Of a stretch of DNA of 64,000 nt, positions 46,524 to 55,813 are shown one piece after another (the stretch's first letter is position 1; each line of letters starts with the position of its first letter). Source of the DNA: an uncultured Chloroflexia bacterium. Lineage in GTDB: Bacteria > Chloroflexota > Limnocylindria > Limnocylindrales > CSP1-4. Location: the NCBI GenBank assembly GCA_963843335.1, contig CAWJKF010000018.1, positions 576,097 through 640,096 of the forward strand, read 5' to 3'. A model generated the notes under the pieces. The model saw only the letters and a program-made list of their open reading frames with translations. It was not told the origin of the DNA and made no database searches. The translations under genes were made by a program, and so were the position numbers.

Positions 46524-47363
46524 CTATCGGCGCGGCACGATGAGTGGCAGACCGGTACGCGGATGCGCGATGACCTCGACCGCGTGGTGATAGACGCGGC
46601 TGAGCAGCTCCTCGTCGAGGATCACGCCCGGCGGTCCGTCGCCAGCGACGCGCCCACCGTCGAGCACGACCACCCGGTCCGCCCAGGCCGCGGCCATGCC
46701 CAGGTCGTGGGCAACGACGACCACGGCGACCCCCGCGGTCGCCCGCTCCCGGGCGACACCCATGACCAGCTCCTGGTGATGGATATCGAGGGCCGCGGTC
46801 GGCTCGTCGAGGAGCAGGATGCCAGTCCCCTGGGCCAGCACCCGCGCGAGCGCCGCCCGGGCGCGCTCGCCACCCGACAGGGATGGGTACTCCCGGCTCG
46901 CGAGGTCGCCGATATCAGTCTGCTCCATGGCCAGCGTCACGAGTCGGTCATCGTCGTCCTCGGCGTCGGTCCCCGCCCAGGGTGAGCGGCCCATCCGGAC
47001 CACGTCCGCCACCGTGAACGGGAACGAGATGTCGATGCGCTGGAGGAGCACCGAGCGGCGCATCGCCAGCTCCCGGTGGCCCCAATCCGCGAGCGGCCGG
47101 CCGTCGATGGAGATGCCGCCATCCGCGATGACCGTATCACCCGCCACCGCACCGAGCAGCGTGGACTTGCCCGCACCGTTGGGACCGACCAGGGCGAGCA
47201 GCTCCCCATGCCGGATATCGAGGTCGACATCCGAGAGGATCTCGTGTCCGCCGAGCACGACGGTCAGACCCCGGATCTCCACGGCCACCCTGCCCGACTC
47301 CGGGGCGGCAGGCGGGTCGACGTGGCCGAGCTCGCGCCACCGGCTCGCCAGGCGGCCGGCCAT
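46524..47363 (-). CDS. hmuV: Heme/iron-complex ABC transporter ATP-binding protein (HmuV/FecE type)
   Basis: ATG 47363. GPNGAGKSTLL, LSGGERARAALARVL, LLLDEPTAALD, and a C-terminus (VEVIAHPRTGLPLIVP) typical of HmuV. Confidence 0.85.
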   Translation of the reverse strand: MAGRLASRWRELGHVDPPAAPESGRVAVEIRGLTVVLGGHEILSDVDLDIRHGELLALVGPNGAGKSTLLGAVAGDTVIADGGISIDGRPLADWGHRELAMRRSVLLQRIDISFPFTVADVVRMGRSPWAGTDAEDDDDRLVTLAMEQTDIGDLASREYPSLSGGERARAALARVLAQGTGILLLDEPTAALDIHHQELVMGVARERATAGVAVVVVAHDLGMAAAWADRVVVLDGGRVAGDGPPGVILDEELLSRVYHHAVEVIAHPRTGLPLIVPRR

Positions 47364-48397
47364 CAAGCCCACCCTCCGGCACGCGCGCGCGTGCGCCGGA
47401 TGAGCCAGAAGAAGAACGGGGCCCCGATGAGCGCCGTCAGCACCCCGAGGGGCAGCTCCTGGTTTTCGATCAGGGTGCGCGCGATGAGGTCGCCGACGAC
47501 GATGACGAGCGCCCCACCGAGGATGCTGGCGGGGATGAGGATGCGATGCGACGGGCCCGTGACGAGCCGGATGAGATGGGGCACCACGAGACCCACGAAG
47601 GCGATGATGCCCGTGAACGCGACCCCGGCGCCAGCCAACATGGCGATGACCACGATGAGCACCAGTCGCAGCCGCTCGACGTCGACGCCCAGGTGGCGCG
47701 CCGGCCGCTCGCCGAGGGCCAGGAGGTCGAGCTGGGGCGCGTAATAGAGCGCGATGCCCACCCCCACCACCACGAACGGGATGACCGCGAACACGGCATC
47801 CCAGGTCGCACGCGCCAGGCTGCCGAGGTTCCAGAACGCGATGGCGCGCAAGGCATCGTCGCTGGACACGAACGTCAACATGCCGATGAGCGCGCCGGCG
47901 AAGGCGGTCACCGCGATACCCACCAGGACCAGGGTGACCACCTCGGTGCGCCCGCCCGATCGCGCAAGGCCGTACACGATGAGCGTTGCCAGGAGTGCGC
48001 CCATGAACGCGGCCGTGGGCACGGTCCAGCTGCCCAGGGTGGCGATGCCGAACACGATGACCGAGAACGCACCGATCGCCGCACCTGACGAGACGCCGAT
48101 GACGCCCGGCTCCGCGAGCGGATTGCCGAAGACGCCCTGCATCAGCGCGCCGGCGCAGCCCAGGGCCGCACCCACGAGCACGGCCAGCAGCACCCGCGGG
48201 AAGCGCACCAGCCACAACGCATCGTCGCCGCGGGGCGCTGAGGGCATGGGCAGGACATCGATGCCCAGACGATGGAGGATCGAACCGAGGACCTGGTCGA
48301 CCGGGACGTGGAACTGGCCGATACCCGCCGCGACGACGCTCGCGACGATGAGCGCGATCCCCAGCCCGACGATGGTGAGCCGTCCGCGCCTGGTCAC
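47363..48397 (-). CDS. hmuU: FecCD-family heme/iron-complex ABC transporter permease
   Basis: ORF 47363..48397: GAALGCAGALMQGVFGNPLAEPGVIGVSSGAA and the C-terminal LPLGVLTALIGAPFFFWLI. Confidence 0.9.
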   Translation of the reverse strand: MTRRGRLTIVGLGIALIVASVVAAGIGQFHVPVDQVLGSILHRLGIDVLPMPSAPRGDDALWLVRFPRVLLAVLVGAALGCAGALMQGVFGNPLAEPGVIGVSSGAAIGAFSVIVFGIATLGSWTVPTAAFMGALLATLIVYGLARSGGRTEVVTLVLVGIAVTAFAGALIGMLTFVSSDDALRAIAFWNLGSLARATWDAVFAVIPFVVVGVGIALYYAPQLDLLALGERPARHLGVDVERLRLVLIVVIAMLAGAGVAFTGIIAFVGLVVPHLIRLVTGPSHRILIPASILGGALVIVVGDLIARTLIENQELPLGVLTALIGAPFFFWLIRRTRARAGGWA

Positions 48398-48403
48398 ACC
48401 CGG

Positions 48404-49961
48404 CTAGCCGCAGGGCTGGTAGACAGCCTTCGCCAGCGCTTCGATGGCGGCACCCGTGCGGGTGCCGAAGTTGAGCAACACCCCGTCATCCATGTCGACG
48501 ATACGCCGGTGCTCACCGGCGGGTGTCTGGGCGATACCCGGCAGCTTCAGCAGGCCATCGACGCCACCGACCGACTTGAGGCTGTCGGTGAGGATGAGGA
48601 TCACGTCCGGCGCAGCGGCGATGAGCGACTCGCTGGTGATGGACTTGAAGCCGCTGATGCCCAGCTGCGTGCCCGCGTCCACGGCGCCGATGGACTCGAT
48701 CATGGCGTCCGGTCCGGCACCTGCTCCCGTGATGAGGTAGATGCCAGCCGGGCCGCGGATGTACAGGAAGGCGATGGACAGCGGCGTCGCTGGCCCCGGC
48801 ACGGCGACCTTGGCGGCGTCGATCTGCTGTTCCACACGCGTCACGAGTTGCTCGCCGGCATCCGGGACCCCCAGGGCTGCGGCGATCGACCGGATGTGGC
48901 TGCTCACGCCATCGAGTGTCTGGAGCGAGGGGAGCATCACGACGGGGATCCCCGCATCGCGCAGTTGTTGGAGGACTTCGGGAGGTCCGATGCTGTCGTC
49001 CGACAAGACGACGCTCGGGTCCAGTCCCAGGATGGCCTCGGCCGATAGGTCGATGCCCGCGGTCGTGACCAGCGGCAGTCCCTTCGCGGCATCGAACGTG
49101 GTGGCGATGTCGCGCCCGACCACGTTCGCTCCCAGGCCCAGGCTGAACACGATCTCCGCGATGGAGCCGTAGAGGTTGACCGGCAGGATCCGGCTCGCGT
49201 CGGTCACGGTGACATCACGGCCGTCGGCGGAGTGGACCGTCACGGGCAGCACCGGTGTCGGAGCGGGTGTGATGGGGTCGATGGCATTGGTGTCCACGGC
49301 CGCTGTGGATGGGCCACATGCGGCGGCCGGATCCGTGGCCGTCCCCGTGCCGGCTGGACCGACCGTGGGTGCCGCGGCCGTGCCGACCGGCGACGGCTGG
49401 GCGCCCGGGCTGGGCGCGGCACCGCTGAAGGTCAGCGGCACGAACACGTCCTGGGAACGGTCGTCCGATCGGGTGTGATCGTTGCGGGTCACCACGGCGC
49501 AGGTGACGCGCCGGCAGTCGATGTCGGCGTTCAGGGCGGCCTCGACCTTGAGCTTGACCGAGAAGCTGCCGTTGGGCCCGTAGGGCGTCGTCAGGCTGGC
49601 GGCATATGCGGGCGGGTTGGAGGTCGATCCAGACGGTGCCGCCACCGGTCCCGGTCAGGTCGATGCCCCCCCCACAGGGGGTCGGCAGCTGGCCGGGCGG
49701 TGGCACCACGCAGAACGAGACGTAGATGCCCTTGCCGATGTCATAGCCCGATCCGGTGACCGTCACCTCCACCCCCGTCGGGTCAAGGTCGCTGGTCGAC
49801 GAGACCGTGAGGGTCTGACCCCCGGGACCCGAGGCCGTGCCCGCTGCCCGGACGGAGCCGGTGCCGATGACGCCGGCGGTCACCGCCATGACCGTGATCG
49901 TCAGCAGCAGGGCCAGGGTGGCGCGCGGCGTCATGCGCAGGTTGGGAACGGACCGGGACAT
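48404..49961 (-). pseudogene. hmuT: Fusion: signal peptide + Ig-like (neocarzinostatin-family-like) domain + Pro-rich linker + HmuT-type heme-binding periplasmic protein; one frame break near 49622-49630
   Basis: The N-terminal frame (ORF 49215..49961) runs up to GGGTVWI. The C-terminal frame (ORF 48404..49645) starts at SNPPAYAA. The HmuT part reads ILPVNLYGSIAEIVFSLGLGANVVGRD...LDPSVVLSDDSIGPPEVLQQLRDAGIPVVML. Confidence 0.8.
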
Positions 49962-49975
49962 CGGTGGGGTGGACG

Positions 49976-50089
49976 TCAGGCGGGGAGGATGTCGTCGAAG
50001 GTGTGCTCGCGTTCACGCCGCAGCGCGCTGGCGATCTGGGGCGCGAGCGGCTCGGTGCGGGGTCTCGCCTCTCCCAGCACAAGCGTCAC
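49976..50089 (-). CDS. Candidate 37-codon small ORF (GTG start) 14 nt upstream of the hmuT-fusion gene
   Basis: VTLVLGEARPRTEPLAPQIASALRREREHTFDDILPA. 32 of 37 codons end in G/C. GTGAGG lies 8 nt upstream. Bounded 5' by an in-frame TGA. Confidence 0.3.
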   Translation of the reverse strand: MTLVLGEARPRTEPLAPQIASALRREREHTFDDILPA

Positions 50090-50256
50090 GACACGGCCTC
50101 ACTTCGATCGGATGCAGGACCCTCCCGCCACCCGACTATACACCGCATCGCCGTGGCCTCCTGCTGGCCTCGATCGGCGATGGGGGTACCCTGTCCCGGC
50201 ACCGCGTGGCAGCCGCGGCCACCCGTTCCTGTCCCGCCGAGGAGGGCACCCCTGAC

Positions 50257-50931
50257 ATGTCGCATCCCGAGCCCGCTCCCCATGGCGGCCGAGCACGCCG
50301 GCGGTCACTGCAGTTCGCGTCCCTCGTCCTGGCCGCGATGGCGATCGCCGCGCCGGTGGCTGCGGCCGGGCCGATCGTCCTCACCGTCGATCCTCAGGGC
50401 CCGTACCCGTCGGGCACCCAGACGGTCACCGTGAGCGGCCGCGGCTTCGATGCCCAGGCCAGGACCAGCACCGGCATCTACCTGCTCTTCGGCCCGGTCA
50501 CGGCGGCACCCGGCTACTACATGGACCCCAGCACCTACGGCGCATTCAAGTGGGTCTACCTGGGCGGCGTGGACTCACCGGCCACCGCGCCGATGGCCGC
50601 CGATGGAACCTTCAGCACGACCCTCGACATCCCGTCCAGCTTCACGGCATCTGCCGGTCCGGTCGACTGCACCCTCGTCCCCTGCGCCATCATCACCATC
50701 GCGGCGCACGGCGCCCCTGACCGGAGCCAGGACACCTGCACCCAGGTGCGATTCGTCGCGGCCGGCCCTGGCGCATCCGGGGTCCCGGTGGCCAGCCCCC
50801 CGTCCGTGAGCGCGGCGCCAGCGCCTGCGGCCTCGACCACGGACGTGCCCGGAGGACCGCTGGCGTCTGCGGCGCTCGATGGAGCATGCGCCGCCATCAA
50901 CGCCGCCGCGACCGCATCCATGGCGCCCTGA
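50257..50931 (+). CDS. Secreted protein consisting of one copy of the same Ig-like domain plus an Ala/Pro/Ser tail
   Basis: ATG 50257 with GAGGAGG upstream. Signal RRRSLQFASLVLAAMAIAAPVAAAG. Domain blocks are shared with the hmuT-fusion N-terminus. Confidence 0.65.
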   Translation: MSHPEPAPHGGRARRRSLQFASLVLAAMAIAAPVAAAGPIVLTVDPQGPYPSGTQTVTVSGRGFDAQARTSTGIYLLFGPVTAAPGYYMDPSTYGAFKWVYLGGVDSPATAPMAADGTFSTTLDIPSSFTASAGPVDCTLVPCAIITIAAHGAPDRSQDTCTQVRFVAAGPGASGVPVASPPSVSAAPAPAASTTDVPGGPLASAALDGACAAINAAATASMAP

Positions 50932-50961
50932 GGGCCATGCCCGGCAGGCGCCTGCTGATGG

Positions 50962-51137
50962 GAAATGAGAAGACCCCGCCGAAGCGGGGTCTTCTGCACT
51001 GTCCCGGCTAACCGAACCTTGCGGACCGGTCGTCTGCCACGTCACAAGGGCATCTATCACGCCGGCTGCACCGGCTACCCTAACCCAACCTACCCATGAC
51101 CTTGTTCCTGGGGCAGTCATGCTGACCAGCAGCACTG
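50962..51137 (-). ncRNA. Candidate ~175-nt sRNA between the promoter at 51144-51172 and the hairpin at 50968-50995
   Basis: Inferred only from the promoter-plus-terminator geometry in a gap of locally lower G+C. No known RNA family was recognised. Confidence 0.25.
50968..50995. terminator. 12-bp GC-rich hairpin agaagaccccgc-cgaa-gcggggtcttct in a convergent gap
   Basis: Read directly from the sequence. The minus-strand version is followed by CAUUUCC and the plus-strand version by GCACUG. Confidence 0.45.
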
Positions 51138-51143
51138 CGGTGC

Positions 51144-51172
51144 ATAGTACCCGAGGCCCCTCGCCGACTCAA
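51144..51172 (-). promoter_or_regulatory. Near-consensus sigma70/SigA-type promoter TTGAGT-N17-TACTAT on the minus strand
   Basis: The reverse complement of 51144-51172 reads TTGAGTcggcgaggggcctcgggTACTAT. No CDS start follows it. Confidence 0.35.
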
Positions 51173-51234
51173 CCCCCCATCGACGCTTGGCGATTAACTT
51201 TCCGTAACGTTGCCGCGTGGTGCGACCGGTTACC

Positions 51235-52029
51235 TCACGAAGGTGCGACGGCCGGTCCGGACGGGGCTGGAGTCGGCGTGGGTGGCGCCGGGGTCGCCGT
51301 CGGGAGCGGGGCCGTGGTCGGCATCAGGGTGGCGACGGGCACCGGAGCCGTCGTCGGACTTGGCGCCTGGATGGTCACCGACTGCATCACGACCGGGTCG
51401 AGGGCCTTGCCCGCCTGACCGCCGCCATTGGGCATCGCGGCGATCTTGTCCACGACGTCCATGCCCGAGACCACGTTGCCGAAGATGACGTATGTCCGGT
51501 ACTGGTCGAGCGCCCCGCGTGCGGTGTCATCGAGGACGATGAAGAACTGCGACCCCTGCGAGTCGGGCTGCGAGGTGCGCGCCATGGCTACGGTCCCTCG
51601 GTGGTATTCGCCGACCACCGTCTCGTCAGGGATGGTGTAACCGGGGCCGCCGGTCCCGTCGCCGTTGGGGTCGCCACCCTGGATGACGAAGCCGGGCATG
51701 AGGCGATGGAAGTCGAGGCCGTCGTAAAAGCCGGCCTGCGCGAGGTCGATGAAGTTCGTGGCGGCTACCGGTGCGGACTCGGTGTACAGCTCGATGACGA
51801 TGTCGCCCAGCTCGGTCGTGATGGTCGCGGTCGTGCCGTCGCCGGCGGGTGCGGCCATGGCCACGGCCATGGGGGTCGCGTCCGGTGGGCCCACCTGCGG
51901 CCGAGACCCGAGTGTCGGGGCCGCCGGCGTCACGACCGGAGGCGCTTCGGTGGGGTTGGGTGTCGGGCTCGTGCCGCCGCAGGCTGCAACGAGCAGCAGC
52001 AGCGCGCCAAGGATCGGTAGTCGTCGCAT
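51235..52029 (-). CDS. Cyclophilin-type peptidyl-prolyl cis-trans isomerase, lipoprotein
   Basis: ATG 52029 with GGAGGA upstream. Lipobox LLLLVAAC. FHRLMPGFVIQGGDP...GTVAMAR...GSQFFIV. Pro/Thr-rich C-terminal tail. Confidence 0.9.
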   Translation of the reverse strand: MRRLPILGALLLLVAACGGTSPTPNPTEAPPVVTPAAPTLGSRPQVGPPDATPMAVAMAAPAGDGTTATITTELGDIVIELYTESAPVAATNFIDLAQAGFYDGLDFHRLMPGFVIQGGDPNGDGTGGPGYTIPDETVVGEYHRGTVAMARTSQPDSQGSQFFIVLDDTARGALDQYRTYVIFGNVVSGMDVVDKIAAMPNGGGQAGKALDPVVMQSVTIQAPSPTTAPVPVATLMPTTAPLPTATPAPPTPTPAPSGPAVAPS

Positions 52030-52094
52030 GCGTCCTCCAGGGATGTTCCACGTGTTCGCCATCGGGCGATGTCGCCACCCGGCATCGAGGCTGC

Positions 52095-52793
52095 TCAGGC
52101 GGCCTGGCTGGCCAGGGACAGGTCGATGGCCCCGGTGAACAGCGCCTCACCCACGATGACCGCCGAGACACCGGCCCCGGCCAGGGACCGGACCGACTCG
52201 ATGGAGGTCACCCCACCGGCTACCAGCAGCTCGACGCCGAGGCGGGCCAGGCGACGGAGCGCATCCAGGTCGGGCGCCGCTCCCCCATGTGATAGCACGA
52301 AGCGCCGAACCCCGGCACCGGCGAGCTCCTCCACGACCTCGTCCAGCGTCGGGGGCAGGAAGCGCTTCCACGGGTAATCCCGGAGACGCTCCGGCCGCGC
52401 GTCCAGCCCGACCGCGAGCCAGTCGCCTGCGATGGCGAGGCAGGCGTCCAGACGCGGTCGGTCCTCGACCACGGCCCACAGGGGCACGACGACGCGCGTG
52501 GCGCCTGCCGCGAAGCAGACCTCGATCTGCGCCGGGCCATCCACGCCACCAGCGACCTGGAGCGGGACGGCGACGGCGCGCGACACGTCCGCGATGGCCG
52601 CCGTGGCGACCGGCTGTCCCCCCCGCGCGCCGTCCAGGTCCACGAGGTGGATGACCGGTGCTCCCGACGCCACGAATGCCTGCGCGATGCGCTCGGGTCG
52701 ATCGGTCGGGGCGCCCTGGCCAGCGCCGGCACCCGGCCACCAGACCAGTCGCGAGCGGCCGCCCTGGATGTCGATGCTGGGGATGACCTGCAT
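52095..52793 (-). CDS. HisA/HisF-family (beta/alpha)8 barrel protein, divergent HisA-like, not in a his operon
   Basis: ATG 52793. MQVIPSIDIQGG...HLVDLDGA...PLQVAGGV...LVAGGVTSIESV...AVIVGEALF. Confidence 0.7.
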   Translation of the reverse strand: MQVIPSIDIQGGRSRLVWWPGAGAGQGAPTDRPERIAQAFVASGAPVIHLVDLDGARGGQPVATAAIADVSRAVAVPLQVAGGVDGPAQIEVCFAAGATRVVVPLWAVVEDRPRLDACLAIAGDWLAVGLDARPERLRDYPWKRFLPPTLDEVVEELAGAGVRRFVLSHGGAAPDLDALRRLARLGVELLVAGGVTSIESVRSLAGAGVSAVIVGEALFTGAIDLSLASQAA

Positions 52794-52914
52794 CAATCCG
52801 TGCGTGCGGGCAGGAACGGGCCACCGCCCTCGCCTGCGAGCAGACGACGATGGAAGCTCACCGGGATGCTGCCCGACCACAGCAGCGCGTCGTGGAAGCG
52901 ACGCATCGGAGAAG

Positions 52915-54405
52915 TCATCGCCGAGCCGGCGTCTGCTCGTCCTCCCGCAGCCGGAGGATGAGGACCTTGCCCAGCAGGTAGCTCAGCTGGTAGGTCGGCG
53001 TGGACGTGTAGCGATGGACCTCGGCGGCGGCATTCGGTCGCTCGAAGCCGGTCTGTTCGACCAGGAAGTCGATGGCCGCGTCGATCCCGATGTCGCCCCG
53101 GTGGAGCTGGATGTCGAGGATGATCCGGCAGGCCCGCCAGATGGCATCCGTCGCGAGCATCATCCGGTGCGCGGGTGTGGCGTCGAAGCCGTGCTCGCGC
53201 ATGAGCTGCTCGCTGTACATCCCCCAGCCTTCCACGAACTCCGGCGCGTCGACCAGCAGCCGACTGATGGTCGGTCGTTCGAGCGCGGCGGAGAGCTGCT
53301 GGTGGTGCCCCGGGTACGCCTCATGGATGCTGGTGTTGGAGATGGATGCCCGGTTGTGCTCGCGGATGGCGCCCGGATCGTCGTCAACGGACGGCGTCAC
53401 GATATAGATGCCCTTCCGCGGCTGGTCGAAGGCGGCCGGTGCGAAGTAGGCGGCGAATGGCGTCACCTTGCGCAGGTACTCCGGCGTGGGGACGACCTCG
53501 AGGGGCGCATTCCCGGGGACGGTCGCGATGTCCTCCGCCTCGATGAAGGCACGCGAGCGGTCCATGACGTCGCGATACTCGGCGAGGGCCTCCTCGAAGC
53601 TCCCGGGATGGTCGCCCTTGACCCGTGCCAGGACCTCCTCCTCGGGAGCGTCCGGATCGATCTCGGCGGCCGCGGCCCGCCGCGCCACGCGGTTGATGGC
53701 CAGCTGCTCATGGCCGATGGCGAGGATCTCGTCCGTGGTCAGGCCATCGAACGCCCGGAGCGCGATGAGCTCGTCGAGTCGCTCGCGCCCGAGCGCGAAG
53801 TCGTCACCCGCGTTGGGCAGCTGCTCACCGATCCACTCGCCGTAGTCCACCAGGGCGCCCTTGGCGCCCTCCGCGGCGCGCTCCAGGCGCGCCAGCGCCG
53901 GATCTCCGGGCGGGAACGTCGACTGGCCAGCCGCGACGATGACGTCGAGGAAGCCCGGCAGGCTGTCCACGGCGTCGAGCTCCAGCTGCAGCCAGAGGGC
54001 CACCGGATCATCGCCCAGCCGGTCGCGGACCTGGCTCAGGGCTAGGGGCGCCGCCTCCAGCCGTGCCGCGATGGTCGTGAGGCGCTCGGCCAGTGGCGCG
54101 AAGTCGCGTACGAACAGCAGGAAGATGGCATCGCCGATCTCTTCCCCGGCCGTCACGCGTCGCTCCCACAGACGGTGGACCTCGCCGTCGAACAGCGACC
54201 GACGGGCGCTCAGCATCGCGAGCTCCCGCTCGATGCGGTTCGGCTCGGACAGTCCAGCAGGGTCCAGCGCCTCGAGGTCGGCGAGGAACCGCCGCTCGAT
54301 CTCGATGAGCTCGAGCCGGCCCGCCCGCGACATGTCGCCGAGTCGCTCATCCTGGTCGTGGATGCCCAGGTACGTGGCGAGGACCGGCTCGCGGTGGAGG
54401 AGCAT
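52915..54405 (-). CDS. DUF885-family protein (putative metallopeptidase-like)
   Basis: HEAYPGHHQQ motif. Protein-like sequence continues upstream of the first ATG (see finding). Confidence 0.8.
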   Translation of the reverse strand: MLLHREPVLATYLGIHDQDERLGDMSRAGRLELIEIERRFLADLEALDPAGLSEPNRIERELAMLSARRSLFDGEVHRLWERRVTAGEEIGDAIFLLFVRDFAPLAERLTTIAARLEAAPLALSQVRDRLGDDPVALWLQLELDAVDSLPGFLDVIVAAGQSTFPPGDPALARLERAAEGAKGALVDYGEWIGEQLPNAGDDFALGRERLDELIALRAFDGLTTDEILAIGHEQLAINRVARRAAAAEIDPDAPEEEVLARVKGDHPGSFEEALAEYRDVMDRSRAFIEAEDIATVPGNAPLEVVPTPEYLRKVTPFAAYFAPAAFDQPRKGIYIVTPSVDDDPGAIREHNRASISNTSIHEAYPGHHQQLSAALERPTISRLLVDAPEFVEGWGMYSEQLMREHGFDATPAHRMMLATDAIWRACRIILDIQLHRGDIGIDAAIDFLVEQTGFERPNAAAEVHRYTSTPTYQLSYLLGKVLILRLREDEQTPARR

Positions 54406-54525
54406 ATCGAGATGGATGCGGACCAGGGTCGCGAGACGCTGGTCACCGTCGGTCTCGAGGACGGCGACCGCGATGCGGTCGAGCTGATCTGCGGCGTCGA
54501 TGATGGGATCCCCTTCTGATGCTGG

Positions 54526-55601
54526 TCAGGCGTGCGCGGGCTGGGCGATGGCTCGCAGCACGCGCGCTGCTGTCGCGACGGTCCGTTCCACGTGGTGGCG
54601 CTCGATACCGTAGTGGGTGACCGCGCGGACGTAGCCCTGCGGGTACGCGACCATGAGCACCCCCTCGCGCGCCATCTCGGCGAGGAACCCGGCGCGATCC
54701 GCGACCCGGAACATGACGAAGTCGGTACGCACCCGCACGGGATCGAGGTCGCGGACACCCGGTATCTCCGCGAGGCCATCCGCGAGCTGCCGGGCTGTGA
54801 CGTGGTCCTCGGCGAGACGCTCGATCATGCCCGCGGAGCCATCACGGAGTGCGACGAGGCCGGGCGCCGCGAGCACCCCCACCTGACGCAGGCCGCCACC
54901 CAGCAGCTTGCGGGCGCGCCGGGCACGCCAGATGAAGTCACGCGAGCCGACGACGACCGAGCCGATGGGGCAGGCGAGACCCTTGGAGAGGCAGAACGTG
55001 ACCGAGTCTGCCGGCTCCACCAATGCCCTCGCGGGGACGCCCAGGGCGACCGCGGCGTTGAAGAGGCGCGCACCATCGACGTGCAGCGGCACACCGCCCT
55101 CGTGCGCCACCCGACCCACCGCCGCCACGTAGGCTGCGTCGAAGGGCTGGCCCATCGAGTGGGCGTGCGTGTTCTCGATGGTCACGAGCGCGGTGATGGG
55201 CTCGTGCGGATCGCCCGGATCGCGGAATGCCTCGCGGATCGCGGCCGGGTCCATCCGGCCATCCTGGACGGCCGGGACGGCCCGCACCGAGGCACCGACC
55301 ACCACCGCGTGCCCCGCTGCCTCGTCGAGCACGATGTGCGACGTCGGTCTCGGCGATGATCTCGCCACCCCGTGGCACATGCGCCATCTGGCTCACGAGG
55401 TTGCCCATCGTGCCGCTGGTCACGAACAGGCCAGCTTCCTTGCCCAGCAGCGCAGCGGCGCGCGCTTCGAGCGCGATGACGGTCGGGTCGTCCTCGAATA
55501 CGTCATCGCCAAGCTCCGCGTCGGCCATCGCGCGGCAGCATCTCGGGGGTGGGGTGGGTGACGGTGTCGGAGCGGAGGTCGATGAGCTCGGGCATGGGCA
55601 T
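54526..55601 (-). pseudogene. ltaE: Low-specificity L-threonine aldolase (beta-eliminating lyase family) needing two frame changes (~55534 and ~55345)
   Basis: Three frames join as [20 protein letters not shown] | [23 protein letters not shown]...[25 protein letters not shown] | [10 protein letters not shown]...[18 protein letters not shown]. Confidence 0.85.
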
Positions 55602-55646
55602 CGGAGGATAGCGCGACTTCCTGATACACTCCGCCTTCGCCGCAGC

Positions 55647-55723
55647 GGACCCGTGGTGTAGCGGCCCAACATGCCAGCCTGTCACGCTGGAGATCGCCGG
55701 TTCGAATCCGGTCGGGTCCGCCA
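55647..55723 (+). tRNA. tRNA-Asp (anticodon GTC), CCA encoded
   Basis: Manual cloverleaf: acceptor ggacccg/cgggtcc, anticodon arm ccagc-ctGTCac-gctgg, T-loop ttcgaat. Confidence 0.95.
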
Positions 55724-55813
55724 ACTTGCCGACCACCGCCACTCCAGACGGCGGCAGCAGCGCAAGCCTGCGTGCATCGTCCGGTCTGGATCGGAGCGCA
55801 GACCCAAGGCCGC

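Noticed and set aside
49962-50256. Iron-regulator box (IdeR/DtxR TTAGGTTAGGCTAACCTAA-like or Fur box) in the divergent heme-locus promoter region
   Set aside because: No 19-bp AT-rich palindrome of that kind is visible. The only AT-rich element is gactatacacc, which is too weak to call.
51150-51190. 6C-type sRNA (C-rich loops) on the plus strand around cgaggcccctcg...caaccccccatcg
   Set aside because: Only one short hairpin with a C-rich loop can be drawn, and the second stem required by the 6C architecture is not formable. The stretch doubles as the spacer of the minus-strand promoter.
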